Below, one piece after another: positions 1 through 7,441 of a stretch of 10,309 bases of DNA (the stretch's first letter is position 1; the number at the start of each line of letters is the position of its first letter). A model generated the notes under the pieces. It was not told the DNA's origin. It saw only the letters and a list, made by a program, of their open reading frames with translations, and searched no databases. Source of the DNA: a virus (lineage: Duplodnaviria; Heunggongvirae; Uroviricota; Caudoviricetes); the IMG/VR virus record IMGVR_UViG_2859783438_000007. One strand, 5' to 3'. Position numbers and translations under genes: made by a program.

Positions 1-31
1 GGTAAATCCCCCTGTTGGTAATGACTCCAAC

Positions 32-253
32 TTATTGATAGTGTTTTATGTTCAGATAATGCCCGATGACTTTGTCATGCAGCTCCACCGATTTTGAGAA
101 CGACAGCGACTTCCGTCCCAGCCGTGCCAGGTGCTGCCTCAGATTCAGGTTATGCCGCTCAATTCGCTGCGTATATCGCTTGCTGATTACGTGCAGCTTT
201 CCCTTCAGGCGGGATTCATACAGCGGCCAGCCATCCGTCATCCATATCACCAC
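32..253 (-). pseudogene. insB: IS1 insB, 3' fragment (last ~73 codons), fused in frame to the B' frame over insA by the internal deletion
   Basis: The C-terminal 73 aa of ORF 32..439 (-) match the InsB C-terminus. The N-terminal 62 aa are the alternative (B') frame across insA. The frameshift window and the InsB catalytic N-terminal region are deleted. Confidence 0.85.
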
Positions 254-254
254 G

Positions 255-410
255 CGTACCGGGTTGAGAAGCGGTGTAAGTGAACTGCAGTTGCCATGTT
301 TTACGGCAGTGAGAGCAGAGATAGCGCTGATGTCCGGCAGTGCTTTTGCCGTTACGCACCACCCCGTCAGTAGCTGAACAGGAGGGACAGCTGATAGAAA
401 CAGAAGCCAC
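255..410 (-). pseudogene. insA: IS1 insA, 5' portal of the gene only (first ~52 codons native, then out-of-frame junction)
   Basis: ORF 216..410 (-) begins [52 protein letters not shown], identical in character to IS1 InsA, then diverges ([12 protein letters not shown]) after the deletion junction. Confidence 0.85.
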
Positions 411-480
411 TGGAGCACCTCAAAAACACCATCATACACTAAATCAGTAAGTTGGCAGCATCACCTCATTCGTCTGTTCC

Positions 481-987
481 TTAAATCTTCCAGGAAATTT
501 CTGCATTGCCGTCAGCATCACCGGCACCTGTGAATTCAGCGTTGGTCAGCACCACGTTTTTGCCACTGACTGACGTGGACATGAATCCACCCAGCGGCAC
601 TTTGATGGATTCATCAGTGGAGACGACAACGTATACCGGATCGCCTTTTTTGATAGTGCTGGCATCAAAATCAGAACCGAGATTAACGGTCACGTAGCCA
701 CGCTTCATGGCGTCGCCCGGGAAGTTCTTGCCTGTTCCCACCTGGCGAACCATGTCCGGCTGCGACGTGGTCGGATAAGGGCGCACGTAGATCCCCTTCA
801 CCTTGTCTGCGGTATCACCATCTGCCAGCGGCACGAAAAAACCGTCATCATCGTATTTACCAGCCAGGCCATAGGCAGCGAAGGCGTTATCGGATTTAAG
901 GACCACCGGTTCGACGGTTAAGTCCTGCGGGCGAGAGACAGCCCCGGCAATGCCAACAGGCATCCGGTACAGAAATACATTATTCAT
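481..987 (-). CDS. phage head structural protein, possibly decoration-like (168 aa); family not recognised with certainty
   Basis: Complete ORF with ATG at 987 placed 3 nt after the TAA of the upstream gene, and AAGGG 7 nt upstream. It sits in the head module after the portal, F-like and scaffold/protease-like genes, where lambda-like layouts put a decoration protein before the major capsid gene. Gly/Asp/Val-rich and beta-rich in character. Function is inferred from position only. Confidence 0.45.
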   Translation of the reverse strand: MNNVFLYRMPVGIAGAVSRPQDLTVEPVVLKSDNAFAAYGLAGKYDDDGFFVPLADGDTADKVKGIYVRPYPTTSQPDMVRQVGTGKNFPGDAMKRGYVTVNLGSDFDASTIKKGDPVYVVVSTDESIKVPLGGFMSTSVSGKNVVLTNAEFTGAGDADGNAEISWKI

Positions 988-990
988 TTT

Positions 991-2211
991 TTACCCTTTA
1001 CGGTTTGCCCAGAATTCAGCGTTTTGTTTGTTCAGGGAAGCGATACTGGTCATGCCCATGTTTAGGCGCTGTGCATCGCCGGTGGTGGCGCGGGTGTTTC
1101 GCCCTTTGGCAACCTCAGACACGGCATTAAACGCCATGTCGACCGATTGTTTCGGTAATTTGCGGATATCCGCATCACCGACTATCTGGCGAACCAGCGT
1201 TTTGTCAGCAGAAGCCAGAACCTCGCGTTTGAACGCGGTCGGTTTCATCTTACGGCTCAGATCGATACCCGGAACGATAACTTCGGCACGCCAGGCTGAG
1301 TCACCAGTAATCGTGGTTTCCTCTTCATCGTCCTCGCCGTCACCGGTCGGATTATCGTCAGGCTTATTATCGTTATCGCCCGTGGCATTTCTTTCCAGCT
1401 TAGCCAGCAGGGCTTTCAGTAATGTTTTGAGGTCATCATCACTGTCGCCGGTTGGATCTCCGCCCATCTCTGGTGCTTTGTCCGGTAGTGGTTGCTGCGG
1501 GGACAGGTTGATGTTGAGATTAACGCCCTGCGGCAAATCCCCCTCATCTCCTGTAACCGATGCGGGAGCCGACTCCACCAGTTCGTTCATGGTGTCGGCA
1601 TCTCCTGTCTTGATGGCCGCACGCATGCGGTTCCACCAGTTTTTCTTTTGATTTGCCATTGTGTCTCTGTCTCCAATTGCACAACGATTTCCGGCTCTGC
1701 CTTTAGGGACAAGAGCCACATGGTTTCCGGTAATATCGACCTGCTCGGCTTTACCTGGCTCGGTCTGCTCGTACTCCGCGTCATAGCCGCACGACACTTC
1801 GCGCAGGCCATCTTCGATAAGCTGAATGGCGCTTTCGTCTTTGACGATAAGGTCAGCCAGCATCAAATCAGACTGCTCACCCGTCCCGCGCCGGACATTC
1901 TGGAGGTGCCCGACAGCAAGCTCTTTCCAGTTCTCGGGATTTACCAGCCGCACATTCCCGTTTTCATCTTCAGGATGCAGGATCGTGATGCTCATCCCTT
2001 CGAATGAGGCAAGCGTGGCCGGATGGAATACCTGCTCAGGAGAACGCGTGACGACTATTTCACCGAACTTATCGGGTTTCAGTTTTGGCAGGTCATCAGC
2101 ACCATAGAGCTGCTTACCTGTTCGTCCTATCGGCACGTCTTTGCACAGCAACGAGCCGTCAGCCAGGCGGTATCGGGTTTCCCCGAGCCTGGTCTCAAAA
2201 AAGTATTTCAT
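991..2211 (-). CDS. phage head-assembly protein (406 aa): N-terminal domain resembling DUF2213/XkdF-type putative prohead protease or scaffold, a central acidic TGD-repeat linker, and a C-terminal domain
   Basis: Complete ORF with ATG at 2211, 3 nt after the TAA of the F-like gene. It lies between the head-morphogenesis and small structural genes, as XkdF lies between portal and capsid in PBSX-type modules. Residues ~204-306 are highly acidic with a recurring T-G-D motif. Family assignment is from memory and unverified. Confidence 0.5.
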   Translation of the reverse strand: MKYFFETRLGETRYRLADGSLLCKDVPIGRTGKQLYGADDLPKLKPDKFGEIVVTRSPEQVFHPATLASFEGMSITILHPEDENGNVRLVNPENWKELAVGHLQNVRRGTGEQSDLMLADLIVKDESAIQLIEDGLREVSCGYDAEYEQTEPGKAEQVDITGNHVALVPKGRAGNRCAIGDRDTMANQKKNWWNRMRAAIKTGDADTMNELVESAPASVTGDEGDLPQGVNLNINLSPQQPLPDKAPEMGGDPTGDSDDDLKTLLKALLAKLERNATGDNDNKPDDNPTGDGEDDEEETTITGDSAWRAEVIVPGIDLSRKMKPTAFKREVLASADKTLVRQIVGDADIRKLPKQSVDMAFNAVSEVAKGRNTRATTGDAQRLNMGMTSIASLNKQNAEFWANRKG

Positions 2212-2214
2212 GGG

Positions 2215-2997
2215 TTATGCTGCCCTTTTCATTGCGAATGGAACGCGAACAAACACGATCTCTTTATAGCAGCGGCAGTTTGGCAGCTCGCCCGCGTGGC
2301 CGGTCATGCCGTCCAAAGTTGGAGGTGAATCCCAGCGGACGAATTTACCTTTCATGTGATCGTGGGAATCTCGGACATCGCCATCATCGGCTGTACGCCA
2401 AATATAACCATCCGAGCCAATAGCTATCGCTCGGGCCATATCCAGCGCGCCCGTTGCTCTTCCCAGTTCCGTTCGGGCAATCAGATCGGCCCTAGACTTA
2501 GCAACATCGCCGGTAGATGCAATCTCTTTAGCAAACTGCTCCGCCCGACCACCGGTGACAACAGCCTCTATCGCTTTGTTCTGGATGTCGTACACCCTGT
2601 CTGCGGCCTCGAGAGGCAGAGATTTGATGTACTTGACCTGTTCGGCGATGATGGATTGCATCACCTGGCCCACAGGAGCGCTTTCCACAAGATTGCGGAG
2701 CTCGCGACTGATGTTCTTGCTGTGTTGCCGCCAAACTTTCTCGTTCTGCCGGGTTAGGTCCGCAGTAAAGTTTTCCGCGACCTTTGTCGCCCAGGGGGTG
2801 ATGATTTCACTGTAACGCTCCAGCGCCGCAATAATTTCCGTGATACTGTCATTTGAACCATCGTAGCGACCATTTACGATGTCTCCGACCGCCCTCGCTA
2901 TCCTGCGTAGGCTGGTTCGATACCGGATTTCCGCCTGACGGCTCCTGCGGTTCGTCATCAGGTTCGCCGATGCCGGGCGGCGCTTCATCTTCGGCAT
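2215..2997 (-). CDS. phage head morphogenesis protein, Mu F / SPP1 gp7 family (260 aa)
   Basis: C-terminal region has the character of the Phage_Mu_F domain (…ADLIARTELGRATG…YIWRTADDGDVRDSHDHMKGKFVRWD…LPNCRCYKEIV…). ATG at 2997 has GAGGA 8 nt upstream; alternative ATGs lie at 2988 and 2958. The 5' end overlaps the portal 3' end by 149 nt in another frame. Confidence 0.8.
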   Translation of the reverse strand: MPKMKRRPASANLMTNRRSRQAEIRYRTSLRRIARAVGDIVNGRYDGSNDSITEIIAALERYSEIITPWATKVAENFTADLTRQNEKVWRQHSKNISRELRNLVESAPVGQVMQSIIAEQVKYIKSLPLEAADRVYDIQNKAIEAVVTGGRAEQFAKEIASTGDVAKSRADLIARTELGRATGALDMARAIAIGSDGYIWRTADDGDVRDSHDHMKGKFVRWDSPPTLDGMTGHAGELPNCRCYKEIVFVRVPFAMKRAA

Positions 2998-4315
2998 TCT
3001 CGATGTCCTCGTCGGTAATGGATGCCCCGATGCCGGTTACGTCAGAATTTTCTCGCAAATCAGTCATAGCGGCTTTCAGTGTCATCAGACCATCACCCAG
3101 CGCCGTACTGATTGCGTTGGTGGTGTTTAACGCCACCGTTGAGCGATCGACATCAGACATTTGCCAGAGCGGGTTAAACTCAAACGTGAAATCGTCCGGC
3201 AGCGGCTTGCCAAGTTCCGAACGATGCATGATGTCCAGTATCCGCCGCACCGGAAGACGTAAACGCCTCTCCTGCAACGAACTGATGCGATCGTAATAGT
3301 TGGCAAGGTCTGCATCACCGGTAGAAAATCCTTTCGGGGACTGTCCGAACAACCGCACCAGTGGGATACCAACAGCGCCACTAATCTGTTCTACAAACTG
3401 CGAAAGGATGTCATCCAGACCACTGAAGCTGTACTGATGGGTTTCAAACTTATCCCGCGAGTCCATGAGCGTCATGCCTTCATTACTCTGGAACTGTCGA
3501 ATCAGGTCGATATTCTTCAGCAACGCTTCATACGCAGGACCACCAAGTGCGATAAGCTCGCGTAGCTTCTCCACGCTGTAGGTACGCAAATGCGCCTTGT
3601 AGACCAGCTGCGCCGCGCCGACAGTAGCGCTGTCGAACGCGGTAAGACGATCCCAGATACGCTCTACAACCGACATTCCCCATTCGTTCTCGGTCATCTT
3701 CTGCTGAAATGGCAACGTGACGCCATCAAAGCGAATCAGGCGACTGTGATGAATGCGCCAGGCAGGAATTCCCGTTGCTGTGGTCACCACATCGTAAAAC
3801 TCAGGTTTACCCAGGTCCGGCCCCATATCTTTAATGCGGCGGGTCAGTGCCGGGTCGACCATCCAGCGGTCGAGCGGGAGAATCCCCTTAAACTTGCCCT
3901 TACCGATGGTTTCGGGTCGCAGCGGGGTCATTGGTGCCTACCCCTCAATCATGATGAAACCCACCGCGCCGCCGTAGAGGCGCGACCATTTCAGCACGTC
4001 ATTCAGCGCATCCCAGATTTGCAACTCATCCAGTTGTGATTCGAGAATGCCACGATCTTTTGCATCAATTTCCGAAGTGATGCGAATGCCTTTGCGGGTC
4101 ATATCATCCGGGATAGCATCGACTGCTTCGCCGATGATCTAGGATGAACGATAGGACCATTCCACCAGCATGCGGTTACGACTGGTGAAATTAGCCCGGT
4201 AGGTGGATGCTGAGTGCTGGTTAGGTGTCTGCATCCCTACGCGGGCAATAAAATTCTCATAACCATCAGCTGTGGCCTGCACAGTTCGCCGCAGGGCTTG
4301 TTTGTTTCGTGCCAT
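2849..4315 (-). pseudogene. phage portal protein gene, ~489-codon frame interrupted by two in-frame TAG codons (plus-strand coordinates 4139-4141 and 3938-3940)
   Basis: ATG at 4315-4313 overlaps the TerL TGA stop (TGATG). My manual translation of the minus strand gives MARNKQALRRTVQATADGYENFIARVGMQTPNQHSASTYRANFTSRNRMLVEWSYRSS-TAG-IIGEAVDAIPDDMTRKGIRITSEIDAKDRGILESQLDELQIWDALNDVLKWSRLYGGAVGFIMIEG-TAG-APMTPLRPETIGKG…, continuing into ORF 2849..3931 in the same frame (4315-3931 = 384 = 128 codons). The 128 codons upstream of 3931 contain no TAA or TGA. Size, position after TerL and the acidic C-terminal tail fit a portal. Confidence 0.7.
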
Positions 4316-5718
4316 CAGGCCTGTCTCCCCAGCTGTTCCCAGATATCCAGCGATGTATCGATTGGCGCGAAGGCCATAATGAATGCATCAGCAACGTTTG
4401 GTGACGGTATCTCGCGTTTTGCGAGGTCTTTTTTACTTTCGACCATCACACGTCCGTTACGGTCGAAATCACGATGAGGTGTTGTCAGTTCCAGTTTCAG
4501 CTTTTCAAGCAACGGACAACGAGAATCTATGCTGATCAGCTCATCCACAGGATACTGTTCTCCGTTGTTAATGGCGTTAAACGTATTTCTGAAACGGTCA
4601 GCCACCAGCCACCATGCCTGAGCCTTAAGATTTGCGAAAAAGTCTTTGTTGGGGATGCCGTTGTACTCGTCATCTGGCTCATGCACACCAGCACCGGCGT
4701 TAAACCTCTGGTAATTCACACGTCGCGCGTATGCGTTCTCGCTCTTCCGGTCAGCGTTAATTTCAGAGAATTTAGCACCGGCAGACGCACCAACACCGAT
4801 AGAGTCGTAAACAATATCTGCTTCACGCTCCAGCGCCGCCTGATAAGTACGCTGGCAGCTCTTCAGTAATTCATCTTCTTTGGCCTTCCATTCGTCGGCC
4901 CAGAAAACAACGGATCCGTGACGGTAAACGTTAGCGCACTTATCTGTACCACTGTCAGCCACGTCAAAGCCAATACGCTTTCTTCCACTGGGTTCGAAAT
5001 TTAACGTTTTGTGCGCATCCACTGCGGCTTCTATCCAAGACAGTTTGATGATTGCCGCATCATCATCAGACTCCGGAACGCCCTCATACACATGTTTAAA
5101 ACCATCCGGATCACGGCGTCGCGCCGCGTCGATAACCTTAAGCATGGTGTCAGACAGAAACGGATTTTCGTCATAGTTAATTTTGCGGATGAGAGTGCCT
5201 TCGGGCGGATCAACAACGAAGTTGCGCCAGACGAAATCAGTAACAAGTCCGGGGTTGAATATGAACCAGCATTCCGAACCCTCTTTACGGATCGTTGGCT
5301 CCAGAATTTTCCACTGGTATTCCGTCAGTGCGTGGGCTTCTTCCAGCCACAACACATCGATCCCCTCCAGTGACTTAATTTCTTCGATGTTGCGCCATAA
5401 TCCATAAAAAACAAATTCCGAGCCAGTAACCCGGTTAATGATTTTGTTGTTCAGAATACGGAAACGGTGCCGCAGACCAAACCTGTCTATCTGAATTTTG
5501 AGCAGGGTATACACCGACTCTTCGATTTTATTCTGGATCTGACGGGCACAACAAAAACGCAGGGTGTATTTATTCGACAGAAATATGGCAATGCCAGCGG
5601 CATCCCATGATTTTGACGATGACCGACCACCATAAAGCACTTTGTTACGTGCCCGCATAGTCCAGAAACTACGTAAAGCCGGATTCAGCGTCGGTTTGGA
5701 TGTCAGAGTAGAAGTCAT
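4315..5718 (-). CDS. phage terminase large subunit, PBSX-like family
   Basis: N-terminal block …LNPALRSFWTMRARNKVLYGGRSSSKSWDAAG… matches the deviant Walker-A region typical of PBSX-type large terminases; ~467 aa with an acidic C-terminal nuclease-like region. I chose ATG 5718 (MTSTLTSKPTLNPALR…, GGAGAG ~10 nt upstream). The ORF-track start at 5826 is a TTG; ATGs at 5757, 5745, 5742 and 5736 are alternatives. Confidence 0.85.
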   Translation of the reverse strand: MTSTLTSKPTLNPALRSFWTMRARNKVLYGGRSSSKSWDAAGIAIFLSNKYTLRFCCARQIQNKIEESVYTLLKIQIDRFGLRHRFRILNNKIINRVTGSEFVFYGLWRNIEEIKSLEGIDVLWLEEAHALTEYQWKILEPTIRKEGSECWFIFNPGLVTDFVWRNFVVDPPEGTLIRKINYDENPFLSDTMLKVIDAARRRDPDGFKHVYEGVPESDDDAAIIKLSWIEAAVDAHKTLNFEPSGRKRIGFDVADSGTDKCANVYRHGSVVFWADEWKAKEDELLKSCQRTYQAALEREADIVYDSIGVGASAGAKFSEINADRKSENAYARRVNYQRFNAGAGVHEPDDEYNGIPNKDFFANLKAQAWWLVADRFRNTFNAINNGEQYPVDELISIDSRCPLLEKLKLELTTPHRDFDRNGRVMVESKKDLAKREIPSPNVADAFIMAFAPIDTSLDIWEQLGRQA

Positions 5719-6433
5719 TGAGGTCACGCTCTCCATTGCCATCATCAATACCTGCATCACGGCGAAGACGATCAGCCTCCAGAGACACCTTATCAGTGGC
5801 GGCCTTGCGGTAGGCTGTATCAGCAAATATTTTTCCTACCGTCGCAAGCGTGCCAACGATGGACTCAATACGAACTGTATTGCGCATCATTGCTTTCTCG
5901 GCGGCGCTGATATTTTCAATCAGCATCTTCCTTTCCTGGTCCCCATTAGCATCTTCCAGCGACACCAACCACCGACCAATATTCTCTGCAGCGACAAGGT
6001 TGTTAGCACGAAGGCGAAATAATTCGTCCTCGAGCGTCAACGCTTTAGCGTCCTCTATCACCTCATCTTTGAGCAGAAGGCGACGGGCATAACCACCGTG
6101 TTTTAATGCCTGCTGGTTACCGGGTTGGAATGGGTTAGTCGGGGGATCGGTACGCATTCCGCGTATCGGTTTCGTATCCGGTGTAGATTCTGTTTTTAGT
6201 TGCGTACTTTTTTGTGTAAGGCCAGTAATGGCAGGCTTTCTGCTGGTACGCACTTTCCTTTTTTGCGTACCATTTTTGCAAACCTGCGTACCGCCACTGC
6301 GTGCCCAACCAAGCTTTTTGGCCCTCTTCCTGATAGCCCCTTCTGTAACGCCGTATTTCTCGCCTATATCACGGAGGCTAAGGACTCCGGCCCGGTATGC
6401 CGATTCGATGGCCTCCCAGTCCGGTTTTGCCAT
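5669..6433 (-). CDS. phage terminase small subunit (254 aa) with N-terminal helix-turn-helix
   Basis: Immediately upstream of TerL, overlapping it by ~50 nt. N-terminus MAKPDWEAIESAYRAGVLSLRDIGEKYGVTEGAIRKRAKKLGW is HTH-like, as in many small terminases. AGGAAG lies 7 nt upstream of the ATG at 6433. Stop is TAG at 5669-5671. Confidence 0.65.
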   Translation of the reverse strand: MAKPDWEAIESAYRAGVLSLRDIGEKYGVTEGAIRKRAKKLGWARSGGTQVCKNGTQKRKVRTSRKPAITGLTQKSTQLKTESTPDTKPIRGMRTDPPTNPFQPGNQQALKHGGYARRLLLKDEVIEDAKALTLEDELFRLRANNLVAAENIGRWLVSLEDANGDQERKMLIENISAAEKAMMRNTVRIESIVGTLATVGKIFADTAYRKAATDKVSLEADRLRRDAGIDDGNGERDLNDFYSDIQTDAESGFT

Positions 6434-6695
6434 GATTATGCTTCCTGTGATTTACTGTTATCGCTGCCTGTCACAATAGGTTGCTTTAATTCTTCCTCAT
6501 CACTCACTCCTGCGACGCTCCGTGGCAGGGCCCCCCACAGGAGTACCTTGTAAATGTAAGGTGTTTAAGCCTAAATTAAGTCGTATCACGGTTAAATAGC
6601 AAAGAAAAATTCACAGAAGGAAAGACATTGATGGAGTGGATAAATGCTTTGATGAACTATTTTGTACTTCATCCATATCGCCTATGTGAAGTGGC

Positions 6696-6822
6696 TGAAG
6701 TGGTCAACAAAAACTGGCCACCGAGTTAGAGTTTTTCCAGTATCGATTTTCCGATTCGTTTGGGGGTAACCCACCGTTATATTCGTGCGGTCTTAGTGCG
6801 CTGTAATATCCAACGATATAGT
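6696..6822 (-). mobile_element. IS911 right-end fragment, 127 bp, inverted relative to the complete IS911 at 8026-9274
   Basis: 6696-6822 is the exact reverse complement of 9148-9274 (…ctatatcgttggatattacagcgcactaagaccgcacgaatataacggtgggttacccccaaacgaatcggaaaatcgatactggaaaaactctaactcggtggccagtttttgttgaccacttca). The length equals the 127-bp overlap repeat seen at the first N gap. Confidence 0.85.
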
Positions 6823-7214
6823 AAGCTTAGTCAGCCGTTGTCTCCGGGTGTCGCGTGCGCAGTTGCACGTCATTCTCAGACGAACCGATGACTGGATGGA
6901 TGGCCGCCGCAGTCGTCACACTGATGATACGGATGTGCTTCTCCGTATACACCATGTTATCGGAGAGCTGCCCACGTATGGTTATCGTCGGGTATGGGCG
7001 CTGCTTCGCAGACAGGCAGAACTTGATGGTATGCCTGCGATCAATGCCAAACGTGTTTACCGGATCATGCGCCAGAATGCGCTGTTGCTTGAGCGAAAAC
7101 CTGCTGTACCGCCATCGAAACGGGCACATACAGGCAGAGTGGCTGTGAAAGAAAGTAATCAGCGATGGTGCTCTGACGGGTTCGAGTTCCGCTGTGATAA
7201 CGGAGAAAAACTGC

Positions 7215-7314
7215 NNNNNNNNNNNNNNNNNNNNNNNNNNNNNNNNNNNNNNNNNNNNNNNNNNNNNNNNNNNNNNNNNNNNNNNNNNNNNNNNNNNNNN
7301 NNNNNNNNNNNNNN
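7215..7314. other. assembly gap (100 N)
   Basis: Run of exactly 100 N, flanked by a perfect 127-bp direct repeat. Confidence 0.99.
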
Positions 7315-7441
7315 CTTGAGCGAAAACCTGCTGTACCGCCATCGAAACGGGCACATACAGGCAGAGTGGCTGTGAAAGAAAGTAATCAGCGATGGTGCTC
7401 TGACGGGTTCGAGTTCCGCTGTGATAACGGAGAAAAACTGC
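7315..7441. repeat. 127-bp perfect direct duplicate of 7088-7214 across the N gap (contig-end overlap artefact, not a biological repeat)
   Basis: 7088-7214 (cttgagcgaaaacctgctgtaccgcc…cggagaaaaactgc) is identical to 7315-7441. 127 is a common maximum k-mer size in de Bruijn assemblers. Confidence 0.85.

Larger units (their letters stand above)
17..465 (-). mobile_element. IS1, internal-deletion derivative (~449 bp instead of 768 bp), both terminal inverted repeats retained
   Basis: 17-39 matches the IS1 right inverted repeat (GGTAATGACTCCAACTTATTGAT) and 443-465 is the reverse complement of the IS1 left end (GGTGATGCTGCCAACTTACTGAT). The minus-strand ORFs encode the InsA N-terminus ([22 protein letters not shown]...) and the InsB C-terminus (...[73 protein letters not shown]). 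About 319 bp of the interior is missing, with the junction near 254/255. The 9-bp flanks differ (8-16 ccccctgtt versus 466-474 tcattcgtc), so there is no target-site duplication. Confidence 0.9.

Noticed and set aside
66-377. 103-aa plus-strand ORF inside the IS1 remnant
   Set aside because: It is antisense to the IS1 insA/insB sequence, Cys/Arg-rich and not a known IS1 product.
17-465. IS1 as an intact, autonomous insertion sequence
   Set aside because: It is ~449 bp rather than 768 bp. The insA-insB frameshift region and the catalytic part of insB are deleted, and there is no target-site duplication.
5719-5826. TTG start at 5826 giving a 503-aa large terminase
   Set aside because: The extension (MLIQPTARPPLIRCLWRLIVFAVMQVL…) is hydrophobic, lies deep inside TerS in another frame and is uncharacteristic of terminases. 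ATG 5718 places the conserved L-NP…GGRSSSKS block at the expected distance from the N-terminus.
950-6553. Plus-strand ORFs across the phage module (950..1651, 1492..2007, 1826..2107, 2023..2328, 2085..2423, 2356..2757, 2555..2815, 2853..3296, 3590..4039, 4214..4477, 4474..4869, 5011..5373, 5183..5407, 5642..6022, 5850..6092, 6200..6553, 6228..6479) and the short minus-strand ORFs nested in other frames (1587..1811, 2528..2734, 3127..3381, 5031..5246)
   Set aside because: They lie antisense to, or nested within, the well-supported minus-strand phage genes. Their Ser/Arg/Pro-rich, low-complexity translations are what the opposite strand or an off frame of coding DNA produces, and none has a recognisable family or a good ribosome-binding site.
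6631-6726. 31-codon plus-strand ORF ([32 protein letters not shown]) with an AAGGAAAG upstream, running into the IS911 end fragment
   Set aside because: It is short, crosses a junction that may be an assembly artefact and has no recognisable family, so it cannot be supported.
7088-7441. 127-bp direct repeat as a possible CRISPR or tandem repeat
   Set aside because: There is a single perfect duplicate separated by N placeholders, with no spacer-repeat periodicity. It is explained by k-mer overlap of contig ends.
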